A stretch of DNA of 32,557 nucleotides. Source: Octopus bimaculoides (Eukaryota). The notes beneath the pieces are model-generated. The model had not been told where the DNA came from. It saw only the letters and a list, made by a program, of their open reading frames with translations, and made no database searches. Made by a program: the position numbers and the translations under genes. Position 1 is the first letter of the stretch, and the number at the start of each line of letters is the position of its first letter. The stretch spans positions 43,186,881 through 43,219,437 of the forward strand of contig NC_068988.1 of assembly GCF_001194135.2 (NCBI RefSeq), written 5' to 3'. This document shows, piece after piece, positions 9,030-20,818 of this stretch.

Positions 9030-10200
9030 TAAGGGTTGTCCTCCAAGTTTGATTAATGGAAATTGACTAAATTTATAAATGCCGAATACAATAGATAATC
9101 CTTGTCTTGCTATTTTCGAATATTGCTGTCGATGAGAGTTCAGTGTTTTGATACGTGATCCAACGGACGTTGAACTCCATTTTCATTTTCTCACAATGCC
9201 GTTCCAACATCAACTTGTGATGTTTCTATTTCTAAAATTAAGGAGCAAATTTTCATTGCAATGCGTGTGTTCTATAATTTCAAATAACAATCACCTGATC
9301 CTTCTTTCATTGGTAAGCTCACTTTCGTTAAATTATGTAACTGTGCAATGATGTTTGCCACGTTCGAGATGAGGCATTGGCAACCTTTTTTTTTCGTTTG
9401 GTGTGCCATCCCTAAAGTCCCACAGACTGCAGATTGCACATGACTATTCTATATGAACTTGTATAGTAGACGACTTTCAAAACAAATACCAATACTTTAT
9501 TCGCATTTCTAGAATCAGTCAATTTAAAAAAATATCATTGGTATCTTTTTAAGATAATTTTTTGCCAGACTCTGTAATAGTATTGCGAAAATAATTGAAT
9601 CGTTTTCAAAAAATAAAAAGAATAAACATTTAATATTTTTATGACCGATTAAATATTATTCTCTAAATAATTTAAATATTCTTTATCTGTCGTCACCGTT
9701 ACGAATGATATTGACCAGATAAGCTGCACAATGCTTTATTCCAGATAAAATTTGATCATTAAGACTTGAAAATCGAGCAGGTTCCGAAAATAATTTTTTT
9801 TTATATTTCTAAAAACAAAAAGAGCGCATTTATCGCAAGTAATGTTTGTGATTCTTCAGTTAATTAGATCTGTAAATATGCGTCGTTTAAATCGATTGCG
9901 TTGAAGTTTTAATTATCCTACTCTTTATGGAATAGTTCATTAAATTTGGGTATTGGGTGGTGATCTTTTGTACGTTTGTTGAAGGTGATTGTAATATCGC
10001 CATAAACGTGAACTTCGTCGTTCGGCTTCCAAGTAATGAGGCTTGTTGTAAGCCAATCGTTATAATCGATCGGTTCCAAAGTACCATTTAGTACTTCACG
10101 TTCTAATTCTTCTTTAATCAATTCACCTTTTGGAAATAGTAATGGTCTGGCCCTACAGTAAATCGATTTCACACCTGTGCTTTCCTGTATTTTCAAGAAA
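9030..10200 (-). mobile_element. Decayed Ty3/Gypsy LTR-retrotransposon pol fragment (RT + RNase H)
   Basis: Minus-strand segments occur in Gypsy order: IYCRARPLLF...EELEREVLNGTLEPIDYNDW...KPNDEVHVYGD...HPIPKFNELF; NFNAIDLNDAYLQI*LTEESQTLLAIN; DQILSGIKHCAAYLVNII (YLDD mutated to YLVN at 9710-9721); NGVQRPLDHVSK/TLNSHRQQYSKIARQGLSIVFGIYKFSQF (RNase H). Multiple stops and frameshifts; no LTR seen. Confidence 0.9.
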
Positions 10201-10243
10201 CAACTTAAAGCAGATGAAAACAAAGAATATTAAACTCATATAT

Positions 10244-10438
10244 GGCGGTGAACTGGCATAATGCTTAGCGGCATTTCGTCTGTCTTTATGTTCTGAGTAC
10301 AAATTCCGCCGAGGCCGATTTTGCCTCTCATCCTTCCAGGTCGATAAAATAAGTACCAATCAAGCACTAGGGTCGATACAATCGATTTACCCCCTCCTCC
10401 GAACTGTCTGGCCTTGTGCCAAAATTTGAAACTAATAT
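10244..10438 (+). mobile_element. SINE family B (short deletion in head)
   Basis: GGCGGTGAACTGGCA-AATGCTTAGCGGC...CCTCTCATCCTTCCAGGTCGATAAAATAAGTACC...GGCCTTGTGCCAAAATTTGAAAC. Confidence 0.85.
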
Positions 10439-10599
10439 TAAGTGGATAAATCGTTGACTATTAACGTTATGTTTCACTAAGTAAATTGCTGACATATTAA
10501 ATGGTTTTAACTAATTAACTTCCAATTAATTTGAACCAATTCCAGAATACAACAACAAGCACAGATGAGGAAAAATATGTTAACGTATACACAAATAGT

Positions 10600-10653
10600 C
10601 GACATGCCGCTACACAAACACATACATATGCACAAAAAGCGTATGCAAATACA

Positions 10654-10703
<50 letters not shown>

Positions 10704-10848
10704 TCACAAACACACATATATGCATACACATATATACATATAAAAATACATATATACTTGGATGCATACATTTTCACGCATGTACATACACACACAAATG
10801 CATGCAAACATACATATGTATACATATTCATACATATACACACATGTT

Positions 10849-10931
<83 letters not shown>

Positions 10932-11325
10932 TTACACATACACAGACATATACGCAAATACATACAAACATACATATGCATACACTTACAGATGCATAAA
11001 TATTCATACAATTGCGTACAGACATATACATATAGAGACACATGCGCAAATACATATATGTACAAATACATTCAAATAAGCATATACGTACATATACGTA
11101 TACATGTATATCTATACATATATACATACACATACATACATACATACATACATACATACATACATACATACATACATAAAATCTGTAAAACTTTCCAGAA
11201 GTCTATCATTTCAATACATATGAGCATGTCTAGATATGCAACTATTCGCATGAGAATACATACATAAAGCAAAACATATAAATCTGCACATATACATACA
11301 TACATACATACATACACACATACAT
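10600..11325. repeat. Large compound (CA)n/(TA)n/(TACA)n microsatellite field
   Basis: Direct reading; source of many spurious ORFs. Confidence 0.95.
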
Positions 11326-11340
11326 ACAAACAAAAATACT

Positions 11341-11441
11341 CTGTTGTTGATGCTGAAATTCCAATGAAGGAGCCTTGGATCCAGGTAAGAAACCAGCACT
11401 TTCTCTATTGGCAAGAAATCTTGAAATAAAGTTGAATAATG

Positions 11442-11442
<1 letters not shown>
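11341..11442 (+). mobile_element. Probable retroposon 3'-end fragment
   Basis: Non-microsatellite island (GTTGATGCTGAAATTCCAATGAAGGAGCCTTGGATC...GAAATAAAGTTGAATAATGA) embedded in (TACA)n. Single copy in the window; family recalled only vaguely. Confidence 0.3.
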
Positions 11443-11473
<31 letters not shown>

Positions 11474-11867
11474 GCATGTATTTATACGTATATACATACA
11501 AATACGTGCATACGCCATGACTCGGTAATATTTCAGTAAACTTCGCTCTCAATTACAGTGTAATATAACCAGTAACAGTTTCACCTTTGATCCCTTCTTG
11601 TTGTTCTTGTGTTGAACCCTGGGTCAACATACGAACGAAGACAAGAACACCTATGATCAAATAAACCCTAATGCTAATCACTCACTCTCTTTCTTTTTTT
11701 CTAAGTATAACTACGGATACCACCACCCATATACATCAAGCATTATTTTTTAAGATCATAGTGCATGACTGAAGGGTGATTTAACTGTTATTTCTAACTT
11801 GTAGATCAACCTTGTTGAGGCCCGCTCAATTGCTTTTGTAGTTAACACTGTTGTTGCCGTTTCTTGT

Positions 11868-11978
11868 TGTTATTAATGTTGTTGTTGTTGATGATGATGA
11901 TGATGATGATGATGATCATCATCATCATCATCATAAGGAGAAGGAAGAGGAGGATAGGTGACGATGATGATGATGCTA
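11868..11978. repeat. (GTT)n/(GAT)n/(CAT)n trinucleotide tract
   Basis: Direct reading. Confidence 0.9.
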
Positions 11979-11984
11979 ACAATG

Positions 11985-12168
11985 GTTTCATATTTTGGCC
12001 CAAGGTCAGCATTTATGAGGGGTGTTCAATGGTACATTATTTTATCGATCTCAAGAGGATGAAAAGCAAAGTCGCCCTTAAAAGAATTTGAACCCAAAAC
12101 GTAAAGACAGACGAAGTATCACTAAGCATTTTGTCTCGCGTATTAACGATTCTGCCAGCTCGCCGCCT
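11985..12168 (-). mobile_element. SINE family B
   Basis: ...GAATTTGAACCCAAAACGTAAAGACAGACG...CTAAGCATTTTG...AACGATTCTGCCAGCTCGCCGCC is the reverse complement of the family B head. Confidence 0.85.
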
Positions 12169-12191
12169 TGATGATATTAATAATAATAACG

Positions 12192-12401
12192 CTTTCTGTT
12201 ATACGAACAAGGCCTGAAATTTGCGGGGATGGGTAAGCCGATTACATCGACGCCAGTGCGTAATTGGTACCTATTTAATCGACCCCAAAAAGATAAAAGG
12301 AAAAGTCGACCACTGCAGAATTTGAACTCAGAACGTAGCGTCAGACAAAATGGTGCTAAGCATTTCGCCCGGAGTGGTAACTATTCTGCCAGCTCATCAC
12401 C
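12192..12401 (-). mobile_element. SINE family B (its tail abuts the head of the 11985 copy)
   Basis: ACAAGGCCTGAAATTT...CCAGTGCGTAATTGGTACC...TTTAATCGACCCCAAAAG...GAATTTGAACTCAGAACG...TTCTGCCAGCTCATCACC. Confidence 0.85.
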
Positions 12402-12429
12402 GTATTTTTTAGTTATTCTAATATCTTAC

Positions 12430-12600
12430 TTTGATTCAAGACCCCAAGTTTTAAGAAAAGGTGGAGTGAAGTATATCAAATGAATCTCTATTATTTTACT
12501 TTATTTTGATCGACACCGGAAAGATGAACGGCAAAGTTGATCACAGCGAGATTTGAATTCGTGTGTGAAGAGAGGTAACTAAATACTGCAATGAATTTCG
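12430..12600 (-). mobile_element. SINE family B, old divergent copy
   Basis: TTTTGATCGACACCGGAAAGATGAACGGCAAAGTTGATCACAGCGAGATTTGAATTC resembles the inverted family B core. Confidence 0.55.
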
Positions 12601-13195
12601 TTTGTCAATCTATACATTACAACTACCACAACCTGATGATGATGGTGCCGACGACGGTGATACTGCTGTCGTCGCCACCGCCGCTGCTGCCGATGGCGAT
12701 GATTTTGATGATGATGAAAATTGATCGTTTTTCTTTATATATAAAAAAAAAATCATAAATTAAAATACTCGATGTGTTCATGTCTCCGTTAATCCAAGAT
12801 CTACATAATTTGACTATTGTGTCTGAATAATCATATATTATTTTCTTTTCTAACATGCGGACACAATCCCTCAAACAAGGCGGTGCACATGGCGATACAC
12901 ATGCACACCCACACTTGTACATGCACTCCCGGTGAGTGCATACACATAGACACAGGAACATTGTGATGGTGGTGGGGGTGGGACGTGTGTGTGTCTAAAT
13001 TTTAGAATTGTAACCTTGTTGATCCTAAATGTAATCGCAAGGAGTTAATATACAAAATCGATGTGTATTTTGTCCATCCAGCTCCGAAATACATCAAATA
13101 ACACATTGCGTGATAAATTTTAAGGGTTGCTATATGAATCACAAATCTAAATTTAAATTCGCAAGAAAGATGTCACAACTTTAACGTGGTGTGCA

Positions 13196-13259
13196 TTGTA
13201 AGTGGATTTGGTAGATGGAAACTGAAAGAAACCCATCGTACACATAGATACATACATTA

Positions 13260-13297
<38 letters not shown>

Positions 13298-13567
13298 ATG
13301 TGCGTATTTGTGAGTGCGTGTACGTGCGCGCGCTCGTGCATTTGTCTGTGTTTGTCCCCCATCACCGCTTGGCAACCAGAGTTGGTGAATTTATATACCC
13401 GCAACTTAGCGGTTCGTCAAAAGAAACCGATAGAATAAGTGCCAGAATATGTACCAGGCTTTATAGAAAAATGGCACTGGGGTCGATTCCTTTGACTAAA
13501 ATCCTTCAAGGCGGTACCCCATCATGGTCGCAGTTTAATGACTGAAATAAGTAAAAGATAAAAGATA
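13196..13567 (+). mobile_element. SINE family A, 5'-truncated
   Basis: TGTAAGTGGATTTGGTAGATGGAAACTGAAAG...linker...CTTAGCGGTTCGTCAAAAGAAACCGATAGAATAAGT...GCAGTTTAATGACTGAAATAAGTAAAAGATA. Confidence 0.85.
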
Positions 13568-13639
13568 CCCATTCTCTTGATCAATTATTGCTACTCTTCA
13601 AAGTTCATGAGATTTTTTTTTTCTTTCATGAAAAATGCG

Positions 13640-13880
13640 TGTAAACTTAACGTAATACTCGGGCAAAATCAGCGTAAAACTGTGAGCGATAAAACTACAC
13701 AAACCTATCGTACGGGCTTCCACAATGATTTCACCTCCCTAATTTCACTGACAGGATTTTGTTTTATTCGGATCTATGATAAGAAAAAAATCTCAAAGAC
13801 CACATTTTTATATAGTTGAATTGAACCCGGAATCTTATGATGACGAAGCGGACTTCTTAACCACTAGGCTATACCCCGCC
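13640..13880 (-). mobile_element. Old tRNA-headed SINE (family A-like), inverted
   Basis: Reverse complement begins GGCGGGGTATAGCCTAGTGGTTAAGAAG...CCGGGTTCAATTC; CGTACGGGCTTCCAC resembles the A body. Confidence 0.55.
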
Positions 13881-14360
13881 TCATCCTTCAATACACAGGA
13901 GTAGTATAAAGACGAGACACATTATCTCGATTGTCTCTTGTAATCTGAACCTTGTAATTTTTATCAGCAGAAAACATCTCAATAGCACAAGACAATGGCT
14001 GTTAGGCTTTCTCTTGTCCTGACTTCGTTCAAATGTACTTCCTAGTTCTACGAAAGGAACACCCTAATATCACGTTACTTCATGTGTGCGTGTGTTCTTT
14101 CGAGTGTGCGTCTGCATATGTGTGTATTTATGCGCGTTGTTATGTGAACATGGATGTTCGTGCGTGTATGTTGTTACGTGAATGTATGGTGTTTCTTAGT
14201 CTATGTGTCTGTATTTGTGCGTGAGTGATTGCGTATGTTCGTGTAAATGTGTTTGTGCGTTATTCTTTGAATGTGATTCTGTGTATTTGTGAGTGTGTAT
14301 TTATATATAAGTGTATGTGCGTGTGTGTGTGTGCGTGTGCGTGCGTGTGCGTGCGTGTGT

Positions 14361-14410
14361 GCCGCTAAGCATTTTGCCCGGCGTAGTGACGATTCTACCA
14401 CCTTGCCGCC
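14361..14410 (-). mobile_element. SINE family B head fragment
   Basis: GCCGCTAAGCATTTTGCCCGGCGTAGTGACGATTCTACCACCTTGCCGCC. Confidence 0.75.
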
Positions 14411-14562
14411 ATAAGAAAGTCAAATATCAATGGACTGTATTTAAGAAAATAGAAGGATACTTGAAATGAAACAAAAGAAAACAGTTAAATATTCAATGTT
14501 TGCAGGACACTAAATGTATGTCATTAGTTCAATGCCAGACCAATATCTTGCTAATGCAAATA

Positions 14563-15541
14563 CAGTAGAGCCTCGTAGTATGAGTATCCCTTTGTACGAG
14601 TAATTTGCTGTACAAACCGAGGCGAATTTTTGTCTTGAAGTACAAGCGGAAATCCGCAGTACAAGCGAGTTTCATACAAGCGACCGCTAGTCGGTGCTGA
14701 GCTCGCGTACGCTCTCCCATCAGGCGTGGTCTCCACTCGCTCCGTTCATGTGTTTATCTCGCTGTGGCAGCATTTCTCTCGTGTATTTCCTAGTGTTTTT
14801 GTTTAGATTTGTGCATTTTTTTGCTATTACCTTACAATAATTAGTTGTGCTAGCCATGGGTTCTAAGGAGGTTAGTGCAAAGGTTCGTTCTGAGAAAAAG
14901 CTGATTGCAATGGAATTGAAGAAGGAAATCATTGATAAACATGCGTGCAGTGGACATAGCACGTCAATACGACCGAAGTACGTCGATGATCTGCATCATT
15001 TTGAAGAAAAAGGACGAGATCAAGGCTGTTAAAACGGGAAAGGGTGTCTCCAGGTTCTCTAAGCAGCGCACATCTGTCAACGAAAGCATGGGAAAATTGC
15101 TTCTTTTGTGGGCCAACGAGAAGCAACTCGCAGAGGATACGATTATGGAGACCATCATCTGCGAGAAGGCACAAGCGCTGTATGGGGATCTCCTGGAGCA
15201 CAACCTTGGAACATCGACGGAGGAGACATCAGTAAACGTATTTAAGGCCAGTCGCGGCTGGTTTGATAATTTCAACTGAAAACTGGTGTTCATAGCGTCG
15301 TCAGGTATGGAGAAACACCGAATTCTGACGAAGGCAGCTGAAGATTTCGTGCGTTAATTTCGCCAGCTCATCGCAGCCGAGAGGTACATCGCACAACTGT
15401 GATGAAACTAACATTTTTCGGGAAAAAAATGCCCAGAAGAACCTACATAACTGCAGAGGAGAAGAAAATGCCAGGCCTCAAGCCTATGAAAGGTAGGCTA
15501 ACTCCTGCCCTTTGTGTCAATGCTAGTGGAGACTTGAAGTT
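14563..15541 (+). mobile_element. Tigger/pogo DNA transposon, 5' end intact, 3'-truncated
   Basis: TA followed by CAGTAGAGCCTCG (Tigger-type TIR start) at 14561-14575, with a downstream transposase remnant. Confidence 0.85.
14856..15541 (+). pseudogene. Tigger/pogo (CENP-B-like) transposase remnant: HTH domains and start of DDE domain
   Basis: MGSKEVSAKVRSEKKLIAMELKKEIIDKH / AVDIARQYDRSTSMICIILKKKDEIK...LLLWANEKQLAEDTIMETIICEKAQALYGDL...FKASRGWFDNF / CDET..GKKMPRRTYITAEEKKMPGLKPMKGRLT..LCVNASGDLK, with frameshifts and stops. Confidence 0.9.
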
Positions 15542-15639
15542 TATTGTTCAAGTTTAACGAATTTATTGCATATAAATTTTAGCAACAAAACCTTATATGC
15601 ACCCCCAAGTGCCATGTGGACGCTAGTTGAGAATCACTG
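15542..15639. mobile_element. Right-end fragment of a hAT MITE
   Basis: Ends GTGGACGCTAGTTGAGAATCACTG (GTTGAGAANCACTG TIR), similar to the 3' end of the 5973-6319 MITE. Confidence 0.5.
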
Positions 15640-15935
15640 AGTTAGGCAATGGAAGGTTCGAGGGAACACTATTGTTTGGCTGCGCTTAGGGCAGCAGTTA
15701 TATTTAATCGGGTTTTAGGCCCGGGTTAGACTTAATGCAACAAACGTCGTCTGCTTTTCCAGACATGGTGTCTATATGACCACATTATCCAATGTTTTTC
15801 ATGTGTGTTTTTGTTTTATATATATATATGTTTTTTTTTAAGTAGGGTGTGGTGGGGAAAATATTTGTCTGCTATTTTCAGCAGTTTGGACGGATATGTA
15901 CTGGCATCCTGGTTGGTCCACGTGGCATCAAGTAA

Positions 15936-15982
<47 letters not shown>

Positions 15983-16225
15983 GAGGCGGAGGAAGAGGAT
16001 AATGAAGCTGTTAACGATGTCATTAATGACGGAGAATTTGACAAGACAATGCTACTGCTGTTGATAACAACGACGACGACGATGATGATGGAAAAAAAGA
16101 AGGCAGAAAAATGCAATTATGAGGATGAATATAAGATAACGTTGCACAATAACAACATCAACAACAATAGCAACAATAGTAAAACTAATAATATTGATGA
16201 TGATGATGATGATGATGAATGATGT
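15936..16225. repeat. (ATT)n plus GAT/AAC/GAG trinucleotide low-complexity region
   Basis: Direct reading. Confidence 0.9.
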
Positions 16226-16721
16226 TAATAGTAGAAGAGAAGAAGTAAAAAAGCTAGGAAAAAATAAAAGACAAATAAAATGATAGTAGTCATTAGGACA
16301 ATTTAGCAAATTAACACAAATTAACAAAACCAAATACTAAAAAGGTAAAAAAAAAAAAAACATAAACAAAGTATAATGTTTTCAGTAATATCAAGTCAAT
16401 TAGCTATAATTGTGTCATAGTTGACCTCTGACTTCTGACCTCTACCTATTCAAATAACCAGTGTTATTCCAGATAGAAAAATTGAGAAGACTCCAGTGTG
16501 ATGAAGTATTCTGTATATAGTGAAAATGTAGAACGTACGTTTGTATTTAAGAATTATGACGTTATAAATCTATATAAGTTATTGCAATGTATAAATATTA
16601 TATTTGATCTGAGATGAAATACGAATCATTTCTGACCTCATGAAATCTTATATATGTGGAAACAATTTTCGTTAGCTGTAAAGTCACTACTTTTGAAATA
16701 TTCAAAATATATTTATTACAT

Positions 16722-16817
16722 CCTGTGTGGCACCTTAGGCAAGTGTCTGCTTATAGCAAGGGCCAACTAAAGCCTTGTGAGCAGAACTGGTAGACGGAAA
16801 ATGAGAGTACTCCGACG
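16722..16817 (+). mobile_element. SINE family A 5' body fragment
   Basis: TGTGTGGCACCTTAGGCAAGTGTC...AAAGCCTTGTGAG...TGGTAGACGGAAA, running into (TATG)n. Confidence 0.75.
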
Positions 16818-16929
16818 TATGTATGTATGTATGTATGTATGTATGTATGTATGTATGTATGTATGTATGTATGTGTGTGTGTATGTATGTATGTATGTAT
16901 GTATGTATGTATGTATGTATGTATGTATG
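16818..16929. repeat. (TATG)n microsatellite
   Basis: Direct reading. Confidence 0.95.
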
Positions 16930-17115
16930 TTACCTTTATACAGTAAGTTTTTAACTATTTTTCTAACGCGACTCTCTCTATTTCTATCTCCCCCTCTCAT
17001 TCTTCCCTCTACTGTTCTTCGCCTCTACCTGTCACTACTTCTCTCTCTCTCTCTATCTCTTGTTACTCGTCCTTCGCCTCTCACCGTTACTACTGATATC
17101 TCTCTCTCTCTCTCT

Positions 17116-18100
17116 NNNNNNNNNNNNNNNNNNNNNNNNNNNNNNNNNNNNNNNNNNNNNNNNNNNNNNNNNNNNNNNNNNNNNNNNNNNNNNNNNNNNN
17201 NNNNNNNNNNNNNNNNNNNNNNNNNNNNNNNNNNNNNNNNNNNNNNNNNNNNNNNNNNNNNNNNNNNNNNNNNNNNNNNNNNNNNNNNNNNNNNNNNNNN
17301 NNNNNNNNNNNNNNNNNNNNNNNNNNNNNNNNNNNNNNNNNNNNNNNNNNNNNNNNNNNNNNNNNNNNNNNNNNNNNNNNNNNNNNNNNNNNNNNNNNNN
17401 NNNNNNNNNNNNNNNNNNNNNNNNNNNNNNNNNNNNNNNNNNNNNNNNNNNNNNNNNNNNNNNNNNNNNNNNNNNNNNNNNNNNNNNNNNNNNNNNNNNN
17501 NNNNNNNNNNNNNNNNNNNNNNNNNNNNNNNNNNNNNNNNNNNNNNNNNNNNNNNNNNNNNNNNNNNNNNNNNNNNNNNNNNNNNNNNNNNNNNNNNNNN
17601 NNNNNNNNNNNNNNNNNNNNNNNNNNNNNNNNNNNNNNNNNNNNNNNNNNNNNNNNNNNNNNNNNNNNNNNNNNNNNNNNNNNNNNNNNNNNNNNNNNNN
17701 NNNNNNNNNNNNNNNNNNNNNNNNNNNNNNNNNNNNNNNNNNNNNNNNNNNNNNNNNNNNNNNNNNNNNNNNNNNNNNNNNNNNNNNNNNNNNNNNNNNN
17801 NNNNNNNNNNNNNNNNNNNNNNNNNNNNNNNNNNNNNNNNNNNNNNNNNNNNNNNNNNNNNNNNNNNNNNNNNNNNNNNNNNNNNNNNNNNNNNNNNNNN
17901 NNNNNNNNNNNNNNNNNNNNNNNNNNNNNNNNNNNNNNNNNNNNNNNNNNNNNNNNNNNNNNNNNNNNNNNNNNNNNNNNNNNNNNNNNNNNNNNNNNNN
18001 NNNNNNNNNNNNNNNNNNNNNNNNNNNNNNNNNNNNNNNNNNNNNNNNNNNNNNNNNNNNNNNNNNNNNNNNNNNNNNNNNNNNNNNNNNNNNNNNNNNN
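17116..18100. other. Assembly gap flanked by (CT)n and (GAA)n
   Basis: N run; (GAA)n follows at 18101-18191. Confidence 1.
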
Positions 18101-18194
18101 GAAGAAGAAGAAGAAGAAGAAGAAGAAGAAGAAGAAGAAGAAGAAGAAGAAGAAGAAGAAGAAGAAGAAGAAGAAGAAGAAGAAGAAGAAGACG

Positions 18195-18320
18195 ACTGGT
18201 ATTTTATTTATTGACGTCAAAAAGGATGAAAGACGATCTGAGCGGGATTTGAACTAGCACTTGCAGAAAACTGGAATGATTATTGCAAGGCATTCTAGCC
18301 AACGTTCTGGCGACTCATTT
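18195..18320 (-). mobile_element. SINE family B, old fragment
   Basis: CTGGTATTTTATTTATTGACGTCAAAAAGGATGAAAG...GGGATTTGAAC is the inverted core and B-box. Confidence 0.55.
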
Positions 18321-18488
18321 TGCTGCCTTCAAAGTACATCCTACAAATAAAGAAAAGATGTAGAGGTGTTATATTATAGTATGTACTTCCTAAATACAGG
18401 CTGGGCCCATAGCTGAAACAAACTGTAACTTATGGTGAACAACAAACGTAACAATAACGTCGAAGATCACTGGGATATGGATTAAGTC

Positions 18489-18930
18489 CAGTAAACTCAA
18501 ATATATCCGGTACTCAAATAACCGGGACTTCAAAGCAAGCGGCACCCAAATAAAAAGAAGAAGAAAAAACAGAGAATTCGTGGTAATTTGTTTTAATTAC
18601 TTAATTGCCATTAAAAGAAAGTTTCTACTGTATCTAAAATAGATCGTTGCTTCTCAGAGTAAACTGTTTCATTGTATTGCATTTACAGTTCCTCTATTTT
18701 ATTGAGCTAATAAAAGTTGCTCATTACTTAAATCATATTTTATCTCTTCCTATTTCTCACATTTCTCCTATATTTAGAATATTAATGATAATACTGATGC
18801 ATATATAGAGTTTTAATGAGTTTTGTAAGGAGCTATGATAATTAAAAGAACTGATGATCCGATATCCGAAAAATTCAATTATCCGGCAGCTCTCTGACCC
18901 CAGTGGTGCCGGATAGAAAGTAGTTTACTG
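18489..18930. mobile_element. Tigger/pogo-type MITE (about 440 bp)
   Basis: Left CAGTAAACTCAAATATATCCGGTAC versus reverse-complemented right end CAGTAAACTACTTTCTATCCGGCAC; subterminal ATCCGG/ACCGG repeats at both ends. The expected TA TSD is not preserved. Confidence 0.65.
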
Positions 18931-19347
18931 CATACAGTATACTGTTAAGTATGAATAGGGAAGTGTCGGGTTTTTCTTTTCTTTCAGCCCTTCAATATCT
19001 TATTTCTGCCACATTATTTCGAATTGCCCATAGGAAACTCATGCTAAGTAAAACAACCATATCTATTGTTTTATATTTAGTGATGTTTTTCATTGTTATT
19101 TATTTTGGTTATTTATGGCATTTGCTATTTTAAAAATTATATTAACTTTTCCTTTCCGTGTGAGCGCATATATATGTCTATATATGTTTGTGTGTGCGCG
19201 CTTGTGTGCTACATATCGAGTTCAATCACACCTATACTGTTTTATGTTGTCTTTTTTTTCTTAAAACAAATGCTTCTACGAGAGGGTGTAAGAAGTGATT
19301 GCATGAAGCCAAGTATGGTGCTGGTACTAATCTTATTAACTCTAGAG

Positions 19348-19371
19348 CAATGGCTCTCAACCATTTTGTAG
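19348..19371 (+). mobile_element. Left-end fragment of a hAT MITE
   Basis: CTCTAGAG (Charlie-type target) followed by CAATGGCTCTCAACCATTTT. Confidence 0.4.
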
Positions 19372-19955
19372 CTATTGCCCATACATCACTTTCATTTTCT
19401 AGTTGTTCAATTATTGTTCTCCATCTTGTTTCTTAAATGCTTTTGGGTGTCTCACATTTTCACTAGCTTTCGTGTTGCTAATTATAACAACGACCAAAGG
19501 TTCAATTTGCTGTTTGACCTATCATCCTGATTGTTTTCCTCATTGACAACACAGATCTTGTGTTCTCTTCATCCCTTGTTTCTAGACACATTGCTTTTAG
19601 GGTGCAGTTCCTTGTTCATTGTCATCACCTTCTCTGTTTTCCTCTCTATTTCCTCAAGCTCGTTCTTTGTCCATCTAACAACACCTGCGCCATATCGCAT
19701 TAAAGGGACAGCCTATGTGTTCATTGTCCTAATCTTGTTCTTTCATTGTTCTCCATAATTTATTTGTTCTCCTGAAGTATTCGCGCCTAAAGCCTTCCTT
19801 CATCTCACTCTCCTTGATTTTGTTATACTTCAAAATACCCAGACACTTATATCCATCCACCTCAACATCCTTAATTCTCTCCCCATTGAATCGTTCTTCA
19901 CCATCGAATGACAATACGTTGCCTCTTTTTATAATATACACACAACGCATAATAA
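19372..19955 (-). mobile_element. Decayed R4/Dong-clade non-LTR retrotransposon ORF fragment (RT C-terminal/thumb region)
   Basis: Minus strand: CVYIIKRGNVLSFDG...IKDVEVDGYKCLGILKYNKIKESEMKEGFRREYFRRT / KIRTMNT*AVPLMRYGAGVVRWTKNELEEIERKTEKVMTMNKELHPKSNVSR ... *KMKVMYGQ. This matches the YKYLG...EYFRR...INTWAVP..RY.AG...W...LHPKSDV.RLY pattern of R4-like elements (clade from memory). Confidence 0.8.
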
Positions 19956-19960
19956 TCCCA

Positions 19961-20186
19961 GCCGGCAAGCTATATGTTTCCTTAGCACGCCGGTCAAAAT
20001 GCTTAGCGTCATTTCGTCCGTCTTGACCTTCTGAATTCATATACCACCGGGGTCGACTTTGCCTTCCATCCTCTCGGGATCAATGAAATAGATACCAGTT
20101 CTGTTCTGGGGCCACTGAAATAGACTAGACCCGCCTTCAAAATTTCAATCCATGTGCCCATAGTAGAAATGATTATTATTATTATT
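19961..20186 (+). mobile_element. SINE family B (full length)
   Basis: TTAGCACGCCGGTCAAAATGCTTAGCG...GGTCGACTTTGCCTTCCATCCTCTCGGGATC...GTGCCCATAGTAGAAATG(ATT)n. Confidence 0.85.
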
Positions 20187-20403
20187 AAAGTGGACTGACC
20201 GAAACGTTAGTGCGTCAGAACTGACTCTTTACGTTATTTGCTCCTGCCCATTAAGTTGTGCTGTCAAATCCTGCCGTGGTCTGCTTTGCGTTTTGTCCTC
20301 CGGAATCGGTAAAATAAAGCACCAGTGAAATACCGGGGTCGACACTATCGACTAACGATACATCACCTAAAAAACAGCTGGCTTTGCATCTAAATTAGAA
20401 ACA
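20187..20403 (+). mobile_element. SINE family B, divergent, directly after the previous tail
   Basis: GAAACGTTAG...GTCAAATCCTGCCGTGGTCTGCTTTGCG...CGGTAAAATAAAGCACCAGTGAAATACCGGGGTCGAC...CTAAATTAGAAAC. Confidence 0.65.
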
Positions 20404-20639
20404 TACATGTGCGCTTACGCACACACATATACATACACACACGCGTTGTTACATGTTTTCTAGCCTTTGTGTAAGACACGTTTTCTATGACGTATTTAGG
20501 CCCTTGTGGCCAATAAAAGAAACAATGGTTAAACTCATTATTTCATAGAATTAGATTACTCATTCACAAAACATCCACAGCAGGCCATGGAATATCTTCT
20601 ACTCATAATTAATATCTGTTGAATAGAACGAACAATTTA

Positions 20640-20685
20640 CAATAATGATAATAATAATAATAATAATAATAATGATGATGATGAC

Positions 20686-20718
<33 letters not shown>

Positions 20719-20743
20719 GATGATGATGATGATGTTGATGATG

Positions 20744-20800
<57 letters not shown>

Positions 20801-20818
20801 TTGGTGGTAATAATGAAA
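20640..20818. repeat. (ATA)n-(GAT)n-(ATA)n trinucleotide tract
   Basis: Direct reading. Confidence 0.95.

Noticed and set aside
10507-11552. Many overlapping ORFs (YIYI, HTHT, CVCV, MYVC repeats)
   Set aside because: Translations of stop-free dinucleotide and tetranucleotide microsatellites; the same applies at 211-498, 1637-2145, 13153-13545, 23258-23622, 24126-25138 and 27778-28492.
15896-16333. Acidic / poly-Y / poly-D ORFs
   Set aside because: Products of trinucleotide low-complexity DNA.
16777-18252. Long 376-491 aa ORFs, including poly-E/R/F
   Set aside because: They run through the N gap and (GAA)n; not real coding sequence. The same applies to ORFs spanning 21292-22163 and 29233-30286.
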